In this document: positions 26,932-36,931 of the stretch, piece after piece
Layout: every line of letters starts with the position of its first letter
How positions within the stretch are numbered: position 1 is the first letter of the stretch
Origin: a virus
Lineage: Duplodnaviria > Caudoviricetes
Length of the DNA: 64,000 nt
Strand: one strand, 5' to 3'
Virus record (IMG/VR): IMGVR_UViG_3300050123_000025
Span: 300 to 64,299 of that record
Notes under the pieces: generated by a model
Database searches by the model: none
The model's input: only the letters and a program-made list of their open reading frames with translations
What the model was told of the DNA's origin: nothing
Position numbers and translations under genes: made by a program

Positions 26932-27572
26932 TGTCACAAATAATTATTTATGATGACATAAGCTTCTATCAATGTGCAAACGGATATTATTCCAATGGGC
27001 GGGCACAAAGACTACACCGTTATAAATGGGAAAAAGAAAAAGGACCCATCCTACCGGGTTATCATATTCATCATAAAGATGAAAATAAAGATAACAACGA
27101 ACTAGATAACTATGAAATGTTGCCAGGTAAAGAGCATCTTAGTTTACATGGTAAAAGTCCTGAACACATTAAAACGTTGTTGAAATACGGAGAGATGGGT
27201 CGCAAACTTGCGGAAGAATGGCATCATTCTAAAGAAGCAAGTGAATTTTCTAAACAAAATTGGCCCAACTCTCTTGGATTGCATATGAACAAGAAAATAA
27301 TAAAACAATGTGAACATTGTGGAAAAGACTTTGAAACAATAGAAATGTTTACTAACCACGATAAATGGTGTGGCAACAACTGTAAATCAAAGGCAAGGCG
27401 GGCCAGTGGAATTGATAACATAACCAAAACTTGCGTTGTGTGTGGAAAAGAGTTTTTGGGCAATAAATATGAAAAAACACAAACGTGTTCAAGAAAGTGT
27501 GGTTCAGAATTAAGTCGAATAAAGAGAACCGGGGTTAAACAGCCTTCTAGGAGAGTGGTGTCACATGGTTAG
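26931..27572 (+). CDS. Free-standing HNH endonuclease with Zn-finger repeats
   Basis: LHRYKWE...HIHHKDENKDNN...EHLSLH; CEHC/CGNNC, CVVC/CSRKC. Confidence 0.88.
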   Translation: MSQIIIYDDISFYQCANGYYSNGRAQRLHRYKWEKEKGPILPGYHIHHKDENKDNNELDNYEMLPGKEHLSLHGKSPEHIKTLLKYGEMGRKLAEEWHHSKEASEFSKQNWPNSLGLHMNKKIIKQCEHCGKDFETIEMFTNHDKWCGNNCKSKARRASGIDNITKTCVVCGKEFLGNKYEKTQTCSRKCGSELSRIKRTGVKQPSRRVVSHG

Positions 27573-27840
27573 GGTAAAATCAGTTTCCTTTGCAGGAACA
27601 GAGGATACATACGACTTGACTGTAAGGGACCATCACAACTTTAGCATTTGCGGTGGTCTTATTGTTCATAACTGCAGATATTTCTGTATGTCCCGCCACC
27701 CCGAGTATTCGCGCCAAGAGCAGTTATTATTTCCTAAAGGCACGTCCGCGGCTGATGCCGAGCGTATCCGCACGAACATGGACTTCGCCAAGGTGTACGC
27801 CAAGATGCAGAATCAACAGCAGATAAGAGGAGGGTGGTGA
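27565..27840 (+). CDS. terL: Split intein C-fragment (36 aa) + TerL C-extein (55 aa)
   Basis: MVRVKSV...TYDLTVRDHHNF...IVHN|CRYFCMSR. Confidence 0.92.
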   Translation: MVRVKSVSFAGTEDTYDLTVRDHHNFSICGGLIVHNCRYFCMSRHPEYSRQEQLLFPKGTSAADAERIRTNMDFAKVYAKMQNQQQIRGGW

Positions 27841-28044
27841 TCAAATGTTTAAATGGTTTTTAGCCGAAAGTAAAAGCTATATGAATTATGGCAAGAGTTA
27901 TCCAAAGTGGAAGTTTTGGTTACGTTTCCCAGTAGCCTATATTAGATTTAGTTATTATCTAGCAATTAATTAGCCCCGCAACCATCCGGTAATTCCGGTA
28001 AGTTGACGGGGTTTATTTATGAGTAAAAATAAGGAGGAATTGGA

Positions 28045-28287
28045 ATGTCGAAATGCGACAAGTGTATTCACGATGGAGTTTGTTCCCTAAAGGAAAAATA
28101 TAACGGGTTGGTTGAAAGATTGAAAAATGAGTTTGATTTTTCGGAACAAAATGAGCCTTTTAATATAGTGGTGGATTGCCGAAAATATACCAACAAGGTG
28201 CAGTGTTATCCGTATTCTCCGTACTACTACCAGCAACAACAGTGTTATCCGTATCCTGTTACTTGTAACCAATACAAATATATTTAA
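28045..28287 (+). CDS. Cys-containing hypothetical protein
   Basis: CDKCIHDGVC; AAGGAGG RBS. Confidence 0.65.
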   Translation: MSKCDKCIHDGVCSLKEKYNGLVERLKNEFDFSEQNEPFNIVVDCRKYTNKVQCYPYSPYYYQQQQCYPYPVTCNQYKYI

Positions 28288-28329
28288 CCCTGCTTCGGCG
28301 GGGTTTTTCTTTTGAAGGCAGGTGAATAG

Positions 28330-28521
28330 GTGAATAAATTAATAATAACCAATCTATTCCAAAAAGAAGTGACAGAGCATTTAGCGTTGTTAGGTGAACA
28401 CCATTTACAAAGCAAGGGAATAAAACCGGACTCAGAAATTAAACAGGAATATTTTTATATGTTAGAAGCTGCATTTATGGCAGGAGTGAGGATTGAGAGA
28501 GTTTTAAGAGATATAGAATAA
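28330..28521 (+). CDS. Hypothetical protein
   Basis: AGGTGA RBS. Confidence 0.55.
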   Translation: MNKLIITNLFQKEVTEHLALLGEHHLQSKGIKPDSEIKQEYFYMLEAAFMAGVRIERVLRDIE

Positions 28522-28581
28522 ATAACCATACCGCTACGGCGGTTATTTTTATTGCCCAAAAGTAAAGGCAGGTGAAGTTTA

Positions 28582-30666
28582 TTGAGTCTATTAGACACCC
28601 TAATGCGACCCGTAAAGGCGGTGAGAAAGAAATTGGCAGAACGCAAACAGACCAAAATGGCAGAGGACAAAAAGACCGAGTTAATCGATAAATGGAAGAT
28701 TCAGTTTGAGTCCGACAGAAGGGCTAAGAGTCCTATAGATTCGGAAATAAACGAAAACGAAGAATATTATCAGGGCAAACGCACCTTCGGCAATCTCCGT
28801 GACGAAGGCTACAACCAAAGCCGCGAAGTTCGGACAGTCATTAATCTAGTGCGTACACCCATCGAAGCCCTTATTGACCTATCCGTACCTCAACCCGACC
28901 TGTCAGCAGTAGCCCGAGACGATGAATACGCAGTTAAAGTGATGAACAGATATGTTGATTATGTCTGTAAGTCGCAGGACTTAGAGGAAATCAACCTAGA
29001 GAATGAGCGCAGAGTCAAGAAGTTCGGCGGCGCGTTCTACAAAGTGCATTGGAATAACGCCATCAAATACGGCTCGTATGTGGGCGATATAGAGATAAGT
29101 AATCCTCATCCGAAGCATATTATTCCGAACGCTGGCTGTATCAGTATGGATGCTATGGAGCATTACCATCATGTGATTAATCAGACCCAGAAATATACGC
29201 TTCGTCGGTGGAAGGGTGTAACTAAAGAGGACTTGGAAGATAAAGCAATCCTCTACACCGAGTATGACGAACTGGCAGATGGAACCAATAAGGTTACGGT
29301 TGACGGAACCACAACGTCAAGCTCCAATGAGTCTGGTTTAAAGCGATATACCATTATCGAAACGTCATACTTAGACGATGATGGCGATATGGGCAAGCTC
29401 TGGTGGTCTGGTGAGTTACTGCTTGACCATACCCCAAAGTTCTATTGGCACAGGGATGATAATGGCGAACCTACCGATGTTGAGATATTGGAATTAGGAA
29501 CATTAATCAGAACCGGCATAGATGACGCAGGGCAGCCGATAATGAAGGCAATCGAGGAAATATCTACCGACACTGATATGCAGGTGCTTGATGCTGCCGG
29601 CAATCTGATAGGTATTAAAGTGGACTATTACATACCTACCGGCTGGGACATAATCTATCAGCCTTACCTGCCCAAAGACTTATCTTTCTGGGGTACTTCG
29701 ATGATAGACGATATTAAAGATTTGTATGAGTCAATCCTAAAGGCCGTCTATATTCAGGAAGAGTCGTTCCTTAGAGGACGTAAAAAGATAATTACCGATA
29801 ATGATGAGGATGCCAAAAAGATAATGGACCCTGGTACAGAGGTTATTAGACTCGTCGGAACTGTCAAGGAGATTGACATCGGCACCACTATCGACGGTAT
29901 CGGCTGGATAAACTGGCTATGGTCGCAGATACAGCTTATCACAGGAGCGACTAACTCTGCGATGGGCATACATGACCCCGGCGTTAAGTCTGGCAAGCAA
30001 GCTCAATTATATGTGTCGCAGGCTAACTTTAAAGCTAACCTAGCCAGTACCTATAAGGCGATAGCTTATAGGAAACTGTATCGGACGGTAAGCGATTTTG
30101 CTATGGCATTTTGTGACGATGACAGACCGTTTAGGTTAAGCGGTGAGAAGAATAAGCCGGAATATGGGAAGTTCTCTCGGCTGTCAATGCTCCGGGATGA
30201 TAGTGGAAATGTTATCTATCCGAACTGGGATATAAGCGTATCGGCGCAAGCTGGATTCTTGCAAAATAAGAGCGAAGTTTTTAACCAAATAGTTCAACTG
30301 GCTTCACAACATGCTTTTGAACCTACTGCGGGCAATGTCGCTTATCTTAAGGTTCTGCAGAAACTTGGAGTACCATATATGGAGTCTATTGTCAGAGATT
30401 TGGAAGAAGCCTTGAAGAAGCAGGAGGAAATGGTCAAACAACAACAAGACTTACAAAGACAACAGATGAAAATACAACAGCAGAATCAGGGACAGAATCA
30501 GCAGAATCAACCACAAGCACCACAGGCTCAACCGCCTAGCCCGGAAGAAATCATTAAGCAACTTCCGGTTCAACAGCAAGCGCAGATGATGCAGATGTTA
30601 CAGACCGACCCACAGCAAGCAATGGCGATGATTCAAAAAATTATGGGAGGAATACAGAATGGATAG
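28582..30666 (+). CDS. Portal protein (P22-like) with Q-rich tail
   Basis: 694 aa after TerL; YYQG, INLVRTPIEA, FWGTSMIDDI, ITGA...MG...SG pattern. Confidence 0.85.
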   Translation: MSLLDTLMRPVKAVRKKLAERKQTKMAEDKKTELIDKWKIQFESDRRAKSPIDSEINENEEYYQGKRTFGNLRDEGYNQSREVRTVINLVRTPIEALIDLSVPQPDLSAVARDDEYAVKVMNRYVDYVCKSQDLEEINLENERRVKKFGGAFYKVHWNNAIKYGSYVGDIEISNPHPKHIIPNAGCISMDAMEHYHHVINQTQKYTLRRWKGVTKEDLEDKAILYTEYDELADGTNKVTVDGTTTSSSNESGLKRYTIIETSYLDDDGDMGKLWWSGELLLDHTPKFYWHRDDNGEPTDVEILELGTLIRTGIDDAGQPIMKAIEEISTDTDMQVLDAAGNLIGIKVDYYIPTGWDIIYQPYLPKDLSFWGTSMIDDIKDLYESILKAVYIQEESFLRGRKKIITDNDEDAKKIMDPGTEVIRLVGTVKEIDIGTTIDGIGWINWLWSQIQLITGATNSAMGIHDPGVKSGKQAQLYVSQANFKANLASTYKAIAYRKLYRTVSDFAMAFCDDDRPFRLSGEKNKPEYGKFSRLSMLRDDSGNVIYPNWDISVSAQAGFLQNKSEVFNQIVQLASQHAFEPTAGNVAYLKVLQKLGVPYMESIVRDLEEALKKQEEMVKQQQDLQRQQMKIQQQNQGQNQQNQPQAPQAQPPSPEEIIKQLPVQQQAQMMQMLQTDPQQAMAMIQKIMGGIQNG

Positions 30667-30928
30667 TTATAGTTCTATGCGAGAAGAAGTGTTAAGTTAT
30701 GGTTTTAATCGTGAAACTTGTAGGTTTAGTGTATTAAAAAACGACCAAGAAGTTTTTTCATTTTCGGGACACCAAGCGGTTGTTTTTAGTGATTTCGTGG
30801 CTTCTGCTATTAAAGATTTTAAGGATTTTGGTTGTTTAGTTACGGAACAATTATCCAAAGAGCAACACGACCATTTCAGACAACTACATGAGGAACAGGA
30901 GTACGGAGGAGTACAGAATGGCAACTAA
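30659..30928 (+). CDS. Hypothetical protein
   Basis: GGAGG RBS, overlaps portal stop. Confidence 0.6.
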   Translation: MDSYSSMREEVLSYGFNRETCRFSVLKNDQEVFSFSGHQAVVFSDFVASAIKDFKDFGCLVTEQLSKEQHDHFRQLHEEQEYGGVQNGN

Positions 30929-31091
30929 GAAACCAGCACCAAAGAAGGTTGATAAAATAGAAAAGCAATTCATGGACAGCAAATTTCCACCTAAAGGGAC
31001 GAAAAAACCCGTGTTGACAATAAGCATAATTCCAATGGGCAAACCTCCTATACCAAAGGGTGGTAAAGCAACTAAGAAAGGCGGCAAATAG
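30918..31091 (+). CDS. Small basic K/P-rich protein
   Basis: GGAGGAG RBS, MATKKPAPKK. Confidence 0.6.
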   Translation: MATKKPAPKKVDKIEKQFMDSKFPPKGTKKPVLTISIIPMGKPPIPKGGKATKKGGK

Positions 31092-31262
31092 ATGGTTAAA
31101 TCCAAGAAACATCCAGGGTTTAATGCCGTGAGCAATAAAATTCAAAAGTCGGAGGGGGTTAGTGCACAGGCGGCAGATGCGATTTTAGCCGCGAGTTCTC
31201 GTAATGCCTCTAGTTCCGCGAAGAAGAAAAATCCTAACTTAAAGAAAGTGACTGGTAAATAA
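31092..31262 (+). CDS. Small basic phage protein (56 aa)
   Basis: Read by eye: HPGFNAV...AILAASSRNAS...KKNPNLKKV. Confidence 0.7.
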   Translation: MVKSKKHPGFNAVSNKIQKSEGVSAQAADAILAASSRNASSSAKKKNPNLKKVTGK

Positions 31263-31274
31263 GGGGGAATGTAA

Positions 31275-31454
31275 TTGACTGAACTTAAGTCAGAACCCAA
31301 CCGATTTTCAGATATACAGAACACTTTATCGGCGGAGGAAATCCGAGTAATAAAGGAGCTCCGCAAGGTGGACTGGGGCAAGTTGACGGTGATTAAAAAA
31401 GGCGGAGTCATTAAGTTGGTGGCATCCGAAACCAATGTGACATTTGACAACTAA
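31275..31454 (+). CDS. DUF2292/YezD-like small protein (59 aa)
   Basis: Read by eye: IKELRKVDWGKLTVIKKGG; AAGGGGG RBS, TTG start. Confidence 0.65.
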   Translation: MTELKSEPNRFSDIQNTLSAEEIRVIKELRKVDWGKLTVIKKGGVIKLVASETNVTFDN

Positions 31455-31478
31455 ATAACATTCCGACCAGGACGAACC

Positions 31479-31537
31479 GGCGGTATGTAGAGACTAGGGG
31501 CTCATGGCTCTTATTTTCTGCGTACCGCCTTTCTTTA
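31479..31537 (+). terminator. Long-stem terminator/attenuator before scaffold-capsid genes
   Basis: GGCGGTATGTAGAGA...TTTCTGCGTACCGCC-TTTCTTT. Confidence 0.7.
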
Positions 31538-31650
31538 GTTTCTGAACCTTTTAAGGTTTGACATAGCCCGTTTTGGGCATGAGGGAGTTCACATCTGGAC
31601 GTATCGCCGAGAACCGTCCACGGACATCAATTGAGGGGAGGTGAAAATCA

Positions 31651-31794
31651 ATGGCAGGTAAAAATCTCGACAAAGGGATGCCATGTACGGCTAGTTTCCA
31701 GTACGGAAGTTCCGGTAAAACCGAGGCTAGTGCCACTAAGATTCAAAAAGGTGGCGATCTTAGAGCCAAGAAAGGCATGAACAATGGCAAATAA
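31651..31794 (+). CDS. Small phage protein (47 aa)
   Basis: GGAGGTG RBS; MAGKN...KGGDLRAKK. Confidence 0.65.
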   Translation: MAGKNLDKGMPCTASFQYGSSGKTEASATKIQKGGDLRAKKGMNNGK

Positions 31795-31828
31795 CCCAGC
31801 AAAATAAAACGAATTGGAGGAAATAAAC

Positions 31829-32782
31829 ATGAACGAAACACCCGTAAACGAGGGTCAGGAGCAGGTCGTGGCTGCGTCCAGTGGAGATGAAATTAACACT
31901 GGTGCGGATACAAGCGTAGACGAAAACGACAGTGAAGTCACCGTTGGTGATGAAGCTGATTCTGGAAGCGTTGACCAGGATGAAAGTGAAGTACCAGGTG
32001 CAGTTAAGGAACAGTCTGCCGAGGCCAACAAAGCCTTTGCCGATATGCGCAAGCGAACAGAATCAGCAGAGAAAGCGGTTCAGAAGGCTAGGAATGATGT
32101 CCAAAAACAGAGAGATTCCGACTATGCAAGTAGATTTGGAGATGATCTCGGGATATTCACTGAACAGCAGTATTGGGCGGCTATGGACAGAGAAATAAAG
32201 CAGAAGGCAGAACAGGCGAAACAACAGCAGGTCGAACTACCTAAACAGTTCTACCAAGAACTCATAACCAAGGGCTATGACCCACAAGTAGCTGAATCAA
32301 TGGCTGATGGACTGGCAACCAAGCTCGAACTGCAACAGCTTAGGCAAGAGTCAGCCTCCGACAAGCGGAAACAGCAGGAAGAAATGGTCAAGCAACAGCA
32401 AGACGCCCAAAGGGAAAAGTTTGCTAAACAAATAGAGACTGACCATGAAGCGTTGAGCAAGAAATACGGCGAGTTAGTACCTGCCTTGGATGCTATGGAT
32501 AGCGATACCATTGAGTTGATGAAGCAGGGCATACCTTTGAAGGCCGCGTGGTTATCGGCGCATGAGGACGATGTGATTGAGTTTGCCAAGAGTAGCGGAG
32601 CCAAAAAGATGGCTAAAAACGTTAGTTCCAAGGCTCATCTGCAAAGCGAGAAATCGGGTGCGGGAGACTTTGGGAAAGAGGTGAACTTGTCGCCAGAGCA
32701 GTTAAAGGTTTGGCGAGGAATGGGATACAGCGACAAAGAAGCCCGAAAGAGAGAGGCTAAATACGTAAAGCAGGGCAAGTAG
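31829..32782 (+). CDS. Capsid scaffolding protein
   Basis: Acidic N-terminus, ANKAFADMRKR, coiled coil, SKAHL; precedes capsid. Confidence 0.8.
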   Translation: MNETPVNEGQEQVVAASSGDEINTGADTSVDENDSEVTVGDEADSGSVDQDESEVPGAVKEQSAEANKAFADMRKRTESAEKAVQKARNDVQKQRDSDYASRFGDDLGIFTEQQYWAAMDREIKQKAEQAKQQQVELPKQFYQELITKGYDPQVAESMADGLATKLELQQLRQESASDKRKQQEEMVKQQQDAQREKFAKQIETDHEALSKKYGELVPALDAMDSDTIELMKQGIPLKAAWLSAHEDDVIEFAKSSGAKKMAKNVSSKAHLQSEKSGAGDFGKEVNLSPEQLKVWRGMGYSDKEARKREAKYVKQGK

Positions 32783-32817
32783 TCCCTGCTAATTTTATTT
32801 AAGGGAGATGAGAAGAA

Positions 32818-33237
32818 ATGGCATTGAAACATAACGGAAGCATTTGCGGAGAATACCGCAGCCAGTATGTTACCAATATCTACATGACTGATTCAGAGGC
32901 CGGCGTAGTCGGACAAGGCTACTACCTGGCTAGTGGTCGATGGACAAAATCTGCGACTACTGCGGCAGTGGAGGCTATTTGCTATAAGGCTACTGCCCTT
33001 GGAACTAATGTGCTTGGCTATATGGAACTAATAGGTCCGGGGGACATCATCGAGGCCGATTATACCGGCACCGCTGATGCGGCTTTCCTGCCCGGCCTGA
33101 CTGTGGCCGTGTTGGATGCTAATGGCGCAAATGTTGCTTCTGCAACCGTGACTGGTGGGCATTTACGGATTTTAACCAAGGATGTCTTAAACCTCAAAGT
33201 CAATATGATTGCAAATAAAAACTTTATTTCAATATAA
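32818..33237 (+). CDS. Head decoration/cement protein
   Basis: Size and position between scaffold and capsid. Confidence 0.65.
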   Translation: MALKHNGSICGEYRSQYVTNIYMTDSEAGVVGQGYYLASGRWTKSATTAAVEAICYKATALGTNVLGYMELIGPGDIIEADYTGTADAAFLPGLTVAVLDANGANVASATVTGGHLRILTKDVLNLKVNMIANKNFISI

Positions 33238-33253
33238 CGGGAGGTGAAATGTA

Positions 33254-34225
33254 ATGGGTGTAATGGTACAGAGTTCAGGTAATTTTCAGAAACTAGTCGG
33301 TTTGTATGAAAACCCGATTCTTGAATACTGGCAGGACATGTATGCTGATGAAGTCAAGGACAGTATGATTCCTATTCTGTTTGATAAGGTTCAGTCCGAT
33401 AATCCCACAGAGGCCATTTCTAGTTTGGCAGGTGCGATTGATTTCAAAGAGTGGAATGGTGAGTTTACTTATTCCAGTCAGAAAGAAGGAGACACCAAAG
33501 TATGGACTCCTATTATTTGGCAAGCGGGTAGGGCTTATGATCGGTTCCTGTTGTCCAATGCTAAGTTAGTAAATCTCAAAAACGATCATGGTGGATTCGC
33601 GATAGGTGCGGCAAGAACGCGGGAGAACTGCGCGGCTGGCATCTTTATGTATGCCGACCAGACTTCATATACGGTTAATGGGGTAAATTTAAACTGGACA
33701 CTGACTGCTGATGGGTTACCCTTGGCGAGTCATGTTCATACAATGCCTAACGCAACTGGTGTTCAGGACAATCTTTTACATCTTGATTTGACAGAGGAAA
33801 ATCTTGAAACCGCTTGTCAGACCATGTTTGGGATGAAAGACAATGACGGGAACTACGGGACATTAAACCCAGACACCTTGGTTGTGCCTCTATCTCTACG
33901 GAAAAGAGCATTGGAGATTATTGGTGCTGATGGCAAGGCTGATACTGCCGACAATAATCCCAATGTGTTCGCCGGAAGTCTTAAATTAGTAATTTGGGAT
34001 AAATTCCGCAAACAGACCGCTAACGCATTACAACCTTGGTGCGTTGTTGATTCTAAACAGGCGAAACAATCTGCTAAATTTGTGAATCGCCTTGAATCAG
34101 GTGATGACTATGATCTACAGAGTTGGAAAAATGAAGAGACCCAGAGCTGGAAAATAGGTTCTATACTTTGGTACTCTGCTGGGATGTATACTTACCAGCC
34201 TTACGTTTTTAGTATTCCAGCATAG
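33254..34225 (+). CDS. Major capsid protein (Mu gpT-like HK97 fold)
   Basis: ADGLPLASHVH, LTEENL, PDTLVVP..L...A, NNPN. Confidence 0.87.
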   Translation: MGVMVQSSGNFQKLVGLYENPILEYWQDMYADEVKDSMIPILFDKVQSDNPTEAISSLAGAIDFKEWNGEFTYSSQKEGDTKVWTPIIWQAGRAYDRFLLSNAKLVNLKNDHGGFAIGAARTRENCAAGIFMYADQTSYTVNGVNLNWTLTADGLPLASHVHTMPNATGVQDNLLHLDLTEENLETACQTMFGMKDNDGNYGTLNPDTLVVPLSLRKRALEIIGADGKADTADNNPNVFAGSLKLVIWDKFRKQTANALQPWCVVDSKQAKQSAKFVNRLESGDDYDLQSWKNEETQSWKIGSILWYSAGMYTYQPYVFSIPA

Positions 34226-34379
34226 ACTACTTAGTATAACCAATAGTTATTCAACAAGTCCCAATGGGGCTTATTTCATTTTCTGACCTACGGGGCAGGC
34301 TACGGTCTGCCCTTTTAATTTGAACACAATCGTCTGGGGCTTCGGCCCTGCCAAAAAAAAGAAAGAGGTGGATTTTAAT

Positions 34380-34583
34380 ATGGCCGGATACACTCACCAC
34401 AATGGCATTGACACTAAGAATCTAAGGATTAATGGAACTAATGTTACAGTCGGCTTAACCGCCACTCCCCACGTTCACGTTGCCAATCCAACTGGCGGCA
34501 CAACTACGGACGCAGAGGCCAGAACTGCTATAAACGCTATTCTTGTCGCCTTGGAGACTTTCGGAATTAACGCTAGCTCGTAA
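34380..34583 (+). CDS. Head-fibre-like small protein
   Basis: VANPTGG..TDAEARTAINAILVALE. Confidence 0.65.
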   Translation: MAGYTHHNGIDTKNLRINGTNVTVGLTATPHVHVANPTGGTTTDAEARTAINAILVALETFGINASS

Positions 34584-34629
34584 ACAACCGGGGGACACAA
34601 TGTCCCCCTTTTCTATTAAGGAGGATCTT

Positions 34630-34947
34630 ATGAATCTGAATTTAACTTGCAGCAATCCTGCGAACATGACCGATACCAATAAATTGCTCTATCTTATCTA
34701 CGGTGAAGTCCAACAAATAAGACAAGTATTAGATACAGCAAATCTAGACTCACTGCTAAAGGAACTGGGGCAGGATGATACAATCAGTCAACCCGAACCG
34801 CAAAACGTCACCACGGGGCAAATAGAACTCACTCAATCAAAAGAGGGCTTAAAGTGTAAATACTGCGGTGAAATCGTGACGGGTAACAGAGGAAATCTCT
34901 TGGCACACATACGGAAATGTCCAAAACGAACGAAAGAGGGTGAATAA
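34630..34947 (+). CDS. Zn-finger virion-associated protein
   Basis: CKYCG...LLAHIRKC. Confidence 0.65.
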   Translation: MNLNLTCSNPANMTDTNKLLYLIYGEVQQIRQVLDTANLDSLLKELGQDDTISQPEPQNVTTGQIELTQSKEGLKCKYCGEIVTGNRGNLLAHIRKCPKRTKEGE

Positions 34948-35224
34948 TTTGCGGCAAAGCAATACCTATAAAGCGACGAGTGTAATTGTCGATAGTCTGG
35001 TTGCCACTGCCAAGGATCAGGCAATTAACGGTAGACCGTTTATGATAGCCAACACCGGGGGGCAACCTTTGTATATTAATCCGACTATTACGGCAACGGC
35101 GGCCAATGGTTTTCTAGTACCTGCTGGAACCGTACTGCCAATCAAGTTTACGGTATCCGCTAACTTATCGGCAATATCTAATGCAACCGGGACAAGCCTG
35201 GCTATCATGTTCTTTGATTTATAG
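34940..35224 (+). CDS. Small beta-rich structural protein
   Basis: IANTG...LYI...NGFLVPAG. Confidence 0.65.
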   Translation: MNNLRQSNTYKATSVIVDSLVATAKDQAINGRPFMIANTGGQPLYINPTITATAANGFLVPAGTVLPIKFTVSANLSAISNATGTSLAIMFFDL

Positions 35225-35229
35225 AGGGG

Positions 35230-36177
35230 GTGAACCCTATGATTTATAGCACTTTTAATGACCTTGTTTTAAAGCTGCTCAATAAGTATTCAGCTCGTGG
35301 CACAGAACTAAACCCCACTAAAACGGCAGACATAAGGCTAAAAATACAAGACTTTATCAATGCCGAATTGATGGACTTAGCTTCAACCACTGGCAAATTA
35401 CCGGCGAAGAAGAGTTATGTTCAAAAGCCGGTGTGTAACGGTCTGTCATATGACACTAGTTCAATAAAACAGCATTTACCCGGCTTAGACTTCGTGGTAA
35501 CATTAGTTGGAGCCAAGGCTTATTTCTTCGAGGCGGTAGGGCCAGCCACGGTGACAATTGACGAATCTGTTGGTGGCGTATGGACTAATCTCGAAACCAT
35601 CACTATTCTCGACACAGTGACGGAAATGACGGAGTACAAGAAACTTATAACCGCTAGTGACGTAACCAACCCGGTAAGGATGAATTTCTCCGGCAGTTAT
35701 GTTTATTCGTTTCAGAATTATATCCTTTATCCGTATGCCTTCCCTGCTGATGCGAGTGTTCAGCAACATAGGCCGAGATTTATCTATGCCTTACCGATTG
35801 ACTATTTAAAAATGAATAGTTTAACGGTTCGCAGGGACTCGCGGCAAGAGGTAGAGGACAAGACATATATCTTAGACTTGACCGGAAAGACCATGAGTCT
35901 TAACCGCTATGTCGAAGGTGAGTATATCTTAAACTACTGGCGCAAGCCGATTGATATTATCATTACCGACGTTGATGCTACGGACGATGCGCAGACAGTG
36001 GACGCCAACGCTGATGGGATTTATGTCATGGCTTTGGGCGTTGCTTCACTTGTGACGGCCAAGAACGACCCTGCAACTGCGGTATTGCTGAACAACCTGT
36101 ATGAAGCGAAGAAAGCGAACCTGACTAGTTCTGATGGGGTATATGTGCAATCGCAAGTACCATTGAGTGGGTGGTGA
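35230..36177 (+). CDS. Head-tail adaptor (tail tubular A-like)
   Basis: FINA...D, YALPIDYLKM, YWRKP; position. Confidence 0.7.
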   Translation: MNPMIYSTFNDLVLKLLNKYSARGTELNPTKTADIRLKIQDFINAELMDLASTTGKLPAKKSYVQKPVCNGLSYDTSSIKQHLPGLDFVVTLVGAKAYFFEAVGPATVTIDESVGGVWTNLETITILDTVTEMTEYKKLITASDVTNPVRMNFSGSYVYSFQNYILYPYAFPADASVQQHRPRFIYALPIDYLKMNSLTVRRDSRQEVEDKTYILDLTGKTMSLNRYVEGEYILNYWRKPIDIIITDVDATDDAQTVDANADGIYVMALGVASLVTAKNDPATAVLLNNLYEAKKANLTSSDGVYVQSQVPLSGW

Positions 36178-36183
36178 TAGAAG

Positions 36184-36507
36184 ATGGCAGGATACCAACC
36201 GGCATTCATGAAAGCTCCCTCTGCTCCACAAATTCAGACTTTCACATTCAATGATGGTAAGAATACCAACGGCAATAACGGGGGCATGAACACAAGATTA
36301 CAGGCTGACCAGATACGAATTGATCAATCGCCCGATATGCTCAACATGAATTATCGGGAGGGCGTACCGTCTAATCGGTTCGGGTTCAACCGGATAGCAG
36401 AAACTAGTTACGGGATCGGTGCCATTCGGGGTTTAATTGAGCATAGACCGATAATCGGAACGAGCGAGATGTTGATGGTTCACGGCGGCAAAATATTAAT
36501 TCTTTAA
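36184..36507 (+). CDS. N-terminal fragment of tail nozzle/stabilisation protein
   Basis: GGMNT...IRIDQSPDMLNM...RFG...IRG...VHGGK. Confidence 0.6.
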   Translation: MAGYQPAFMKAPSAPQIQTFTFNDGKNTNGNNGGMNTRLQADQIRIDQSPDMLNMNYREGVPSNRFGFNRIAETSYGIGAIRGLIEHRPIIGTSEMLMVHGGKILIL

Positions 36508-36522
36508 AGGAGTGAAAAAAAT

Positions 36523-36909
36523 ATGAGCAAAATGAGTAATTATCTAGAGGATAAACTGGTTAATCATGTGTTAAGAAATGCGGCATATACTCCGGCGGCT
36601 ACAATTTATGTAGGGCTTTATACTTCTGACCCGACTGACGCAAACATAGGGGCAGAGGTAAGCGGAGGGGCTTATATTAGACAAGCGGTAACATTTAATG
36701 CTTCTGCCAATGGGGTTACTGCCAACAGTGCAACTGTTACTTTTCCGGTCGCTACAGCTTCATGGGGGACGGTATCACATTTAGGTATTCTTGATGCGTC
36801 TACGATAGGGAACCTTCTGTTATATGGAGCCTTGAATGTCGCGAGAACAATCAGCATCGATAATCAACTCGTGTTTCTTGCGGGGGAGATTACTGTTACC
36901 TTTGATTAA
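36523..36909 (+). CDS. Tail-fibre-associated beta protein
   Basis: MSNYLE...YVGLYTSDP...EVSGGAY.RQ...WGTVSH.GILDA...GNLL. Confidence 0.8.
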   Translation: MSKMSNYLEDKLVNHVLRNAAYTPAATIYVGLYTSDPTDANIGAEVSGGAYIRQAVTFNASANGVTANSATVTFPVATASWGTVSHLGILDASTIGNLLLYGALNVARTISIDNQLVFLAGEITVTFD

Positions 36910-36931
36910 CCCCAAGTAAAGGGGGGAGAAA

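Noticed and set aside
30420-30640. CAG/CAA-rich DNA repeats (also 42220-43026)
   Set aside because: Explained by Gln/Asn-rich low-complexity protein coding.
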